From: Planctomycetota bacterium
GTDB lineage: Bacteria > Planctomycetota > GCA-002687715 > DRQF01
Assembly: GCA_036479435.1 (NCBI GenBank)
Contig: JAZGFI010000146.1
Span: 1-15,304 of the forward strand
DNA length: 15,304 nt
Direction of reading: 5' to 3'
The position numbers were made by a program, and so were the translations under genes. The notes beneath the pieces were generated by a model. That model was not told the DNA's origin, ran no database searches, and was given only the letters and a program-made list of their open reading frames with translations. Within the stretch, counting starts at the first letter, position 1. Each line of letters opens with the position of its first letter. Positions 6,053 to 13,477 of the stretch are shown here, in pieces.

Positions 6053-7627
6053 TTGCCCGCCGAGAACAATGCGATGACGACTGAGCAAGCTATCCGGGTT
6101 GGAATCCTCCCTTTGCGAAACCAAGTTCCCGTGCCCGGAGCGGGCTTGGCGGTCAGCTTTGACCGTGCCCGATCGCTTGAGGTTTTGAAGGCCTTGGCGA
6201 CCGAAGACGACCCCCAAGTGGCGCTCTTCGTGCAGCACGACCAGACCGTGGATCAGCCAGGTCCCGAAGATGTCTATCCCCATGGGGTCTTGGCCCGCGC
6301 TAGCGAGATTGCGGCGGCGGGAACGACTTTCGCTGGATTGAGTCGCGTGCGGCTCGAATCTTGGGCCGACGATGGTGCGGCTTTAATGGGGGAGGTGGTG
6401 GTGCTGGGCGATGACGGCGAGGCTGCCGGGACCGAGCTTGTGGCGGAGTTGCGCAAGACGGCGCGCCAGCTCGTGGAGGCGATGCCGGAGCTACCGCGGG
6501 ACCTTCTTGCGGTTATTGACATGATCCCGCCGCGCCGCCTCGCTTACGAAGTGGGCGCCTACATGAGCGCCAGCGTCGAGAACAAAATTGGTTTGTTGCT
6601 GGCCGAGTCGGAGAGACAATGCGTCGAAACAGGTCTCAGCTTGTTGAAGCAACAGCTTCGTTTGGAACAGCGACTCCAGACCTTGGCCGGGGCTGAGATG
6701 AAGGACTGTTGGTGCTTGCAAAAAGGCGCCGAAGCAGAGATCGACAGGCGCGAGAAAAGTGGCGAGTTGTCCGCCGAGGAGGCCGAGGACGTCCGTAGTT
6801 TTCGTCGCCGCGGTTACGTCGTATTTGAGAAGTTAGTCGAGGACGAACTCATCGACGCACTGCTGTCGGACTTGCGTTCGATCGCGGACCGGCCCGGCGA
6901 ATTTCTTACGACCGACCATCGCCGCGGTCGCGGATTTCGGCTTTCCGGTGCGGATTTTGACGCCTACGAAAGCGTGTTTGACCTTTATGTGAACTTCGAA
7001 AGCTCGCGGCGAGTGTGTTTTCACCCGCGCATTCTCCGTTTCTTAGAGATCATCTTTGACGCCCGCCCGCTGGCGTTTCAGCAGTTGCTTTTCCAGCGCA
7101 GCAACCTCCATCCCTTACACCAAGATACCGCCTACGTTTGTGTGCAGGAACCTTTGCTTTTGGCGGCGACTTGGGTCGCCTTGGAAGACGTGGTGCCCGG
7201 CCGTGGAGAGTTGACTTACTTCGAAGGCAGCCACCGCATTCCCCATCACATCTTTGAAAGTGGGGGCAAGCGATACCACTCTGAACGGGATGATGAAGGT
7301 ACGGCGCGCGAACACATCGTGCGGCAATGCGAAGAGATGGCTTGTGAGCAAAAGGACTTTTTCGCCAAAAAAGGCGATGTCTTTTTGTGGGCGGCGGACC
7401 TCGTACATGGCAGCCGGTCTCGCACGCGGCCCGAACATGAAACGCGGCTTTCTTGTGTGACGCACTACTGCCCCGAGACCACGGAACCGGTTTGGTTTTG
7501 GTCTCAACCCAAGCACAAAACCATTGAGCGCTACGGCGACCGCGCCTTGATCGCGAGCTCACAGTACTTGTTGCCGCGGTCCCCCGATCGAGATCGGCCG
7601 CATACCCGCGCGCCTTTGCCGTCTTAA
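6053..7627 (+). CDS. Fusion: Lon protease N-terminal substrate-binding domain + phytanoyl-CoA dioxygenase (PhyH)-family Fe(II)/2OG oxygenase
   Basis: N-terminal ILPLRNQVPVPG...RARSLEVL...QPGPEDVYPHGVLA...GLSRVRL is Lon N-domain-like. C-terminal FRRRGYVV, LHQD, TWVALEDV..GRGELTYFEGSHR, KKGDVFLW..LVHGS, RLS is PhyH-like. The start may be ATG 6074. Confidence 0.82.
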   Translation: MPAENNAMTTEQAIRVGILPLRNQVPVPGAGLAVSFDRARSLEVLKALATEDDPQVALFVQHDQTVDQPGPEDVYPHGVLARASEIAAAGTTFAGLSRVRLESWADDGAALMGEVVVLGDDGEAAGTELVAELRKTARQLVEAMPELPRDLLAVIDMIPPRRLAYEVGAYMSASVENKIGLLLAESERQCVETGLSLLKQQLRLEQRLQTLAGAEMKDCWCLQKGAEAEIDRREKSGELSAEEAEDVRSFRRRGYVVFEKLVEDELIDALLSDLRSIADRPGEFLTTDHRRGRGFRLSGADFDAYESVFDLYVNFESSRRVCFHPRILRFLEIIFDARPLAFQQLLFQRSNLHPLHQDTAYVCVQEPLLLAATWVALEDVVPGRGELTYFEGSHRIPHHIFESGGKRYHSERDDEGTAREHIVRQCEEMACEQKDFFAKKGDVFLWAADLVHGSRSRTRPEHETRLSCVTHYCPETTEPVWFWSQPKHKTIERYGDRALIASSQYLLPRSPDRDRPHTRAPLPS

Positions 7628-7869
7628 TCGGACCAACATGGTCCGGTACTGTGTTGCTCGACAAGTTCTCATTAAGAGGCTATTCGACTTCATTTTGAGA
7701 CGGAGTTCTTCCGAAATTCTCAAATGCAATTGTCTTCCGTGAGCCGCCCTTGGTTGCTCGAAGTGCGGAAGTTTGAGGGTTGAACCCTCGACTTCTCGCC
7801 TCAGCATCGCGGCCCCCGAGGATTCCCCAGCTTTTCAGGCCGTTGGGGTTTTAGGTGAGGACCAAAAAA

Positions 7870-8289
7870 ATGAGATTCGGCGATTACTTACTCAGCCGCG
7901 GAACGGTAACCCTCAAAGATCTTGTCTCCGCTCTCAACGCGCAGCGCCTTGAGCAGGAGCCGCTCGGAAAGATCGCGCTGGCCCAAGGCAAGCTCAACAT
8001 CAAACAGGTTTTTTTGGTGTTGAACGCCCAAGCCAGCGACCGAGAGATCGCTCGTTCAGATACTCAGGGATACCTTTTTGGGGACATCTGTATCGAGTTT
8101 GGGTTCTTCAACGACCAGGAACTGATTGATCTCCTTCGACTCCAGCGCATGTCGCGCCCTCAGATTGGCGAGATTCTGGTAAACAAGGGAGCGCTATCGA
8201 GGGAGCAGCTCCAAGAGTTTCTTCGGGAATACGCGGTCTACAAAAAGGCGCGCAAGGGAGCGGACATGGCTCTGGGGCGCTCTGGCTAG
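7870..8289 (+). CDS. Stand-alone protein of four MshEN-like (putative c-di-GMP-binding) repeats
   Basis: Four 24-aa units: RFGDYLLSRGTVTLKDLVSALNAQ, PLGKIALAQGKLNIKQVFLVLNAQ, LFGDICIEFGFFNDQELIDLLRLQ, QIGEILVNKGALSREQLQEFLREY, versus the MshEN consensus RLGxxLLxxGLLxxxxLxxxLxxQ. GAGG lies 9 nt before ATG 7870 (alternative start GTG 7855). Confidence 0.75.
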   Translation: MRFGDYLLSRGTVTLKDLVSALNAQRLEQEPLGKIALAQGKLNIKQVFLVLNAQASDREIARSDTQGYLFGDICIEFGFFNDQELIDLLRLQRMSRPQIGEILVNKGALSREQLQEFLREYAVYKKARKGADMALGRSG

Positions 8290-8536
8290 CCGCCGCCGTG
8301 GGAAGCTGCCGACGTCCTATTATTCACCTAAACTTCTTCCTTTAGCTGCTAAACGGCACCTCCACGAACTAGATACGTATCGAGTCACTTCAGCTCCCCG
8401 CGCCCCGCCTTCCCATCGCCAGAACTGATCCAACAAGACGTGCTCGTATTGTCGACTCGGTCGGACTCAATCTGGTTTTCAAGGCACTCCTCGGCCGAGT
8501 CTGAGCCCTAACTTCAGTCGTTGACAATTAATCTCG

Positions 8537-10126
8537 ATGATGAATGAGTATGCAGGGTCAGTTTGGGAGCTAGTCAGAACCATGACCGACAATTTTGTTA
8601 CCCGCAGCTTCGATCAAGCCGCCGCGGCCCTTGCCTTGCGGCGCACAAAAAGCTCCAATCCGGTGCTGAGACAACGCGCTCAGAAGCATCTATCGGAGCG
8701 CCTCGGCCGTCTGAAGGGGCTTCCCCTAAAACTGGGGCAGATGATGGGAATGGCAGCCGCGAAAGACGGGGAGACCTCGCAAGATATTGCCATCAACGCC
8801 AAGCCAATCCCCCTAGACAAGATCCTCGGCGCCTTTGAAGGCTCGTCAACATTACGAAGTGATGGCGTTTTTGAGTCCGTCGACGTCGAGGGCTTCGCCG
8901 GCTCTGTAGGCCAAGTTCATCGCGCAAGGCTGAAGGGTGGAGAGGATCAGGTTGCCCTAAAAGTTTTGTACCCGGGCATACGTTCTGCGATCCGAAGTGA
9001 CCTGAGAACTTTGGGGTGGCTAGCTCCAGCGATCAAGCGCCGGGCTCGGGATTTCGATTTGGACCAACTGAAGGAAGAGGTCGTCGCGCGCCTCGAACAA
9101 GAGTGCGACCTTCGCCAGGAAGCCAAACGACAATCCGAATACGCAGAAGCCTTTGCGACGGACCCAGATGTCGTCATTCCGCGCATCCATCGGAAACTCT
9201 GCTCTAAGGATGTCCTGGTTTCCGACTGGGAAGATGGCGAGGAGTTGGCGGCAATTCAGAGCTGGAACTCCGCCGACCGAAAAGCCGCAGCCCGAGTCCT
9301 GCTGCGCCATTTTCTGAATGCGGTCTTCAGGAGGGGCTTGGTCCACGGAGACCTGCACCCGGGCAACTTCCGTTTTCGCCGTGACGGCCATGGCGGCGCG
9401 TCGAGTCGAGTGCGGCTGGTCCTCTACGACTTCGGGGCGGCTATTCGACTGGACGAGACGACTCGCCGTGCCTTTTTAGGACTGATCGACGACACGATGC
9501 AGCGGCGGGGCGATCCGAGCGTTCGTTTTCGCGAGTTGGGCTTTCGCGAGGATCTCATGACGCCGATTGAAGATCGCTTGCCCGCACTATGCAGCGTTCT
9601 GTTTGAGCCCTTCGCGGTCGACGGTGAATTTGACCTGGCCACTTGGAACCGCAAAGACCGGGTGGATGAGATTCTCGGCGATTTGCGTTGGAACCTTCGA
9701 ATGGCCGGGCCCCCGAAACTCCTGCCGCTAATGCGCGCCTATCAAGGCCTAATTTGCGCCCTCGCCGCCCTCGGAGAGCCCGTGAATTGGAAGCAAGCGA
9801 TCACCAGAATCTTGGACGCCGAGGGTGACCTGAGCCCAAGAGTCGCTTGTCGGGAAACGGGGGAGGGATTTTCAGCCTTGGCGCAGTCGCTGCGGGTTCA
9901 GGTCTCGGATGGCGGGAAACTCGTCGCCGCCCTCACCTTTCCGGCGGCCGTTATCGAACGCTTAGAAACCCTAATAGACCCCAGTCTCCGTTCTAAAATT
10001 GAGGCCCAAGGAATCGTCCTTCAAGACATCGTAAGTCGAGCTAGACGGGCGGGATATGCTCCGATAGAATTGCTGCAATTCGACGATGTGGCCAATTCCC
10101 GCCACGTTCGACTGTGGCTTGAGTGA
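8537..10126 (+). CDS. ABC1/AarF/UbiB-family atypical kinase with extra C-terminal domain
   Basis: LKGLPLKLGQ (KxGQ), FAGSVGQVHRA, VALKVLYPGI, ECDLRQEA, HGDLHPGNF, LYDFGA. The start could be ATG 8582. Confidence 0.92.
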   Translation: MMNEYAGSVWELVRTMTDNFVTRSFDQAAAALALRRTKSSNPVLRQRAQKHLSERLGRLKGLPLKLGQMMGMAAAKDGETSQDIAINAKPIPLDKILGAFEGSSTLRSDGVFESVDVEGFAGSVGQVHRARLKGGEDQVALKVLYPGIRSAIRSDLRTLGWLAPAIKRRARDFDLDQLKEEVVARLEQECDLRQEAKRQSEYAEAFATDPDVVIPRIHRKLCSKDVLVSDWEDGEELAAIQSWNSADRKAAARVLLRHFLNAVFRRGLVHGDLHPGNFRFRRDGHGGASSRVRLVLYDFGAAIRLDETTRRAFLGLIDDTMQRRGDPSVRFRELGFREDLMTPIEDRLPALCSVLFEPFAVDGEFDLATWNRKDRVDEILGDLRWNLRMAGPPKLLPLMRAYQGLICALAALGEPVNWKQAITRILDAEGDLSPRVACRETGEGFSALAQSLRVQVSDGGKLVAALTFPAAVIERLETLIDPSLRSKIEAQGIVLQDIVSRARRAGYAPIELLQFDDVANSRHVRLWLE

Positions 10127-10347
10127 AGACAGGCAAGCGCAAACGGTGAAATAACTCAAGCGAGCCGACGTCATCTGTCGAAGCACCTGAGGGATAAGGG
10201 ATGTTCGAGAAGATCTCATCTTTCATCTAGGTAGTTTGCTCCTTGGCAAAAAGGGGTCTGGCTACTCGTGGGTATTGGCCATCGCATCCACGCCTAGATT
10301 TCTTTGCATATTGACTTAGAACGTAAATCGGGCGGAGAACGACTTTC

Positions 10348-12948
10348 ATGGCAAGCATCCTTGAGCAGGTGCAAAACCTCTCGGCCGAGATCATCGCGGC
10401 TGATCCCGGAGACGCTAGCGATCTGCAGAATCTCGTTTCGGCCGTCGCGTCTAACGAAACGGAGATCTCGGAGAACTACCCTCGCCTTTTGCCCTACATC
10501 GACGAACTAAAAAAATCCCTGGGTCAGCTTGAGTCCTGCGCGGAAACCGAATCGGCGCAGTACCTCGAGCAGCTAGGCGCGATCGTCTCGGTCTTGGCGC
10601 GTGAAGTTGAAGAGGAAGAGCAATCGGAAGATCTATCGGGCTCGCCAACAGAAAACACTGACGAGTTCGAATTCGATGATACCGCGCTCTTGTTCGAGTT
10701 CTTGGCGGAACAAGATGAGAACCTGGAACGCCTCGAGGCTTTCGCCTTGGAACTCGAAAAGGGCGTCGACGACACCACGCTCTCGGAGCTAAAGGGAGTC
10801 CTTCACACCTTGAAGGGCGAGCTTGGCGTGCTGGGTTTAGCCGATGTCGCGGGACATTGCCACGAACTTGAAGACCAGCTGACCAGGCCGACGGAAGATG
10901 TTCACTCCGAGGTGATTCTGCGCGCGATCGACTGGGTACGCCTGCGCTTCAAAGCGATTGAACAAGGTGGCGACAATCCCGCCCCGTTTATCTGGGAATC
11001 CCAAGACGAAATTCAAACGACGGCCGAATCCAAGGCTGAGGTCGCGGAGGCAAGGCCGAAGGTGGAAGCCTTTGAGGTGCCGCCCTGTTTTACTGAAGGT
11101 GCGGATCTCGTCGGCGATCAAGAGGTCGCGACTGAGTTTGTTTTCGAGGCGCGCGAGTACCTTGAAGACGTCGATGTCCAACTTCTCACCCTTGAGAAAG
11201 ACCCCGCCGACGGCGAAGCCATCAACACGATCTTTCGGGCCTTTCACACCATCAAGGGCGTTGCGGCGTTCCTCGAGCTGAAGTGCCTACAGCAGCTCGC
11301 GCACGTCGCGGAGACGATGCTGGATTCCGTTCGCAACGGCACGATTGTGATGATCGGCGAACCTTTGGCGGTGACTTTCGACGTCAACGATGCCTTGAGG
11401 CAACACTTCGACACTCTCGAAGAAGTGATTTTGGCAGGCGGACCACTGCAACCTGCTCCTAACCTCCCTGAGCTGGTCTGCCGGATTACTAGCGTCATAC
11501 GTGGGGAGCCAGAGCTCGAAGTTGCCGGGACGATCGCGAGTTCTGGAACGGCTAGCTCGAACCTCATCGCGGAGGCACCTATCCAACTAGACATCGTTGA
11601 GTCAAGCGGAAGCATAGTTGAAGCCGCCACTCCGAAAGTTTCGCCCGAACCGGCGAAGGCAGCCTCTAAGGCCACTGTGGAACCGAGTTCCAAAGAGAAG
11701 GCCGCCAAGCCGACCGGAAGCCTGCGCGAGACCATCAAGGTCGATGCCCAACGTCTGGACCAACTCGTGGACATGATTGGCGAACTCGTCATCTCCGAAG
11801 CGATGGTGAGTCAGTCCGACGAACTCGATCTGACCGACCGTCCGCGGCTGACGAGTCTCTTTGGGCATATGGACAAGATCACTCGCGAACTCCAAGAGCT
11901 CGCGATGTCGTTGCGCATGGTCCCCATTCGTTCGACTTTTCGGCGGATGGCTCGCTTGGCGCGCGATGTCGCCCAACGCCTCGACAAGCCGATCAACTTC
12001 GTCACCCTCGGCGAAAACACCGATCTGGACAAGACGGTTGTCGACTCGATCGGAGATCCGCTCGTTCACCTCATTAGGAACGCGGTGGATCACGGGATTG
12101 AAAACGACAGCGAGTCGCGAATCTCGGCTGGCAAGCCTCCCGAAGGCAGGATTGAACTCCGCGCTTTCCACCGCGGGGGCAACATCCTTATCGAAATTGA
12201 AGACGACGGCGGCGGACTTGACGCCGAGGTGATCCTGGCGAAGGCTCGTGAACGCAATGTCGTTGGACCGGACGAGGTCCTCAGCGAAGACGAGATCTAC
12301 AACCTGATTTTCGCCCCCGGATTTTCAACCGCCAGCACCGTTACTGAGGTATCGGGGCGTGGCGTTGGGCTCGACGTCGTCAAGCGACATATCGAGACTC
12401 TGCGGGGATCAACGAAGGTTACCTCTACACCGGGAAAAGGAAGCGTCTTCAGTATCCGCCTCCCCCTAACGCTCGCGATCATCGACGGCATGGTGGTACG
12501 TATGGGCACGGAGAGATTCATCCTTCCCACGGCCTCGATTGTGCGAATGATTCGCCCTCATGAAAGCACTCAAACCAAGCTCTTCGACCGCAACACTGTG
12601 CTGAGTGTTGGCGACGATCTCGTGCCGCTCGTTCGTCTCGATCGAACCTTCGGTCTCCCTGAAGTAGCGGCTCAAGCCGAGAGGTCGTCGGCCGTGATCG
12701 TGGAGCACGAAGGCCGACAATGTGCCTTCATGGTTGATGAACTACTTGGCCAGCAGCAAGTCGTCATCAAGCCATTGGGCCCCAGTTTGGTCGGCCTCGC
12801 AGGCCTCAGCGGCGGAGCCATCATGCCGGACGGGCGTGTGGGCTTGATCCTCGACGTGGCGGGCCTAAGCAAGATATCCGGAGAATCATCGGAAACACCC
12901 TCGGCTGACAATCGATCAGCGCTGGGTCGAGATAGGGAATCAGCATGA
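10348..12948 (+). CDS. cheA: Chemotaxis histidine kinase CheA with two Hpt domains
   Basis: Hpt motifs VLHTLKG and AFHTIKG; dimerisation IKVDAQRLDQLVDMIGELVI; HATPase HLIRNAVDHGIE, EDDGGG, FAPGFST, VSGRGVGLDVV; C-terminal CheW-like domain RLPLTLAI...VDELLGQQQVVIK...LILDV. GGAG RBS. Confidence 0.97.
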   Translation: MASILEQVQNLSAEIIAADPGDASDLQNLVSAVASNETEISENYPRLLPYIDELKKSLGQLESCAETESAQYLEQLGAIVSVLAREVEEEEQSEDLSGSPTENTDEFEFDDTALLFEFLAEQDENLERLEAFALELEKGVDDTTLSELKGVLHTLKGELGVLGLADVAGHCHELEDQLTRPTEDVHSEVILRAIDWVRLRFKAIEQGGDNPAPFIWESQDEIQTTAESKAEVAEARPKVEAFEVPPCFTEGADLVGDQEVATEFVFEAREYLEDVDVQLLTLEKDPADGEAINTIFRAFHTIKGVAAFLELKCLQQLAHVAETMLDSVRNGTIVMIGEPLAVTFDVNDALRQHFDTLEEVILAGGPLQPAPNLPELVCRITSVIRGEPELEVAGTIASSGTASSNLIAEAPIQLDIVESSGSIVEAATPKVSPEPAKAASKATVEPSSKEKAAKPTGSLRETIKVDAQRLDQLVDMIGELVISEAMVSQSDELDLTDRPRLTSLFGHMDKITRELQELAMSLRMVPIRSTFRRMARLARDVAQRLDKPINFVTLGENTDLDKTVVDSIGDPLVHLIRNAVDHGIENDSESRISAGKPPEGRIELRAFHRGGNILIEIEDDGGGLDAEVILAKARERNVVGPDEVLSEDEIYNLIFAPGFSTASTVTEVSGRGVGLDVVKRHIETLRGSTKVTSTPGKGSVFSIRLPLTLAIIDGMVVRMGTERFILPTASIVRMIRPHESTQTKLFDRNTVLSVGDDLVPLVRLDRTFGLPEVAAQAERSSAVIVEHEGRQCAFMVDELLGQQQVVIKPLGPSLVGLAGLSGGAIMPDGRVGLILDVAGLSKISGESSETPSADNRSALGRDRESA

Positions 12949-13466
12949 CGCAGTTAGTCGACAAGATCAGCAAAGAGCAAGAAGAGGTCTCGGGCAAGTA
13001 CCTGACTTTTCAGCTCGGAGAAGAGCACTACGGCCTCCCGATTCTTCAAGTTCGCGAAATCATCGGACTGATGGATATCACCAAGGTCCCTCGCTCACCT
13101 GACTACATTCGTGGGGTCATCAATCTGCGGGGCCGGATCATTCCAGTTCTCAATCTCAGAGATCGCTTCGGGATGACGAGCGTCGAGGACACGAGCATGA
13201 CCTGCATCATCGTCGTGGACGTCGAGGCCCAGGGTGCGACCACCTTGATGGGCATTCTTGTCGACAGCGTACGGGAAGTCCTCGACATCATCCCGGAAGA
13301 CATCGAGCCGGCGCCCAGCTTCGGCGCCGGCGCCAACGGCAATGCCATCCGAGCGATGGCCAAAGGTAAAGAACGCGTGACGATCCTCTTGAGCACCGAG
13401 CAGGTTGTCAACTCCGAATCCCTCGCCGCGACCTCCGAGTCCGGCGAAGAAGAAAAGAAAAACTAA
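12945..13466 (+). CDS. cheW: Chemotaxis coupling protein CheW
   Basis: KYLTFQLGEEHYGLPILQVREII, TKVPRSPDYIRGVINLRGRIIPV, GILVDSVREV. ATGA overlap with the cheA stop. Confidence 0.97.
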   Translation: MTQLVDKISKEQEEVSGKYLTFQLGEEHYGLPILQVREIIGLMDITKVPRSPDYIRGVINLRGRIIPVLNLRDRFGMTSVEDTSMTCIIVVDVEAQGATTLMGILVDSVREVLDIIPEDIEPAPSFGAGANGNAIRAMAKGKERVTILLSTEQVVNSESLAATSESGEEEKKN

Positions 13467-13477
13467 GGGGCCCCCTG

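Noticed and set aside
7629..7645. CGGACCA-ACA-TGGTCCG hairpin right after the Lon-PhyH stop
   Set aside because: Only 7 bp and no U tract; insufficient to call a terminator.
8520..8538. GTTGACAATTAATCTCGA closely resembles the E. coli trp/tac -35 region (GTTGACAATTAATCATCG)
   Set aside because: No good -10 at 16-18 bp, no operator or vector sequence, and native-looking flanks; treated as coincidence or an isolated -35-like hexamer.
10127..10347. Sigma28/sigma54 promoter or c-di-GMP riboswitch upstream of cheA
   Set aside because: GCCGAC at 10164 lacks a correctly spaced TAAA/TCAAG; I could not identify a GG-N10-GC element in TGGCAC/TTGC context or a GEMM-type structure by eye.
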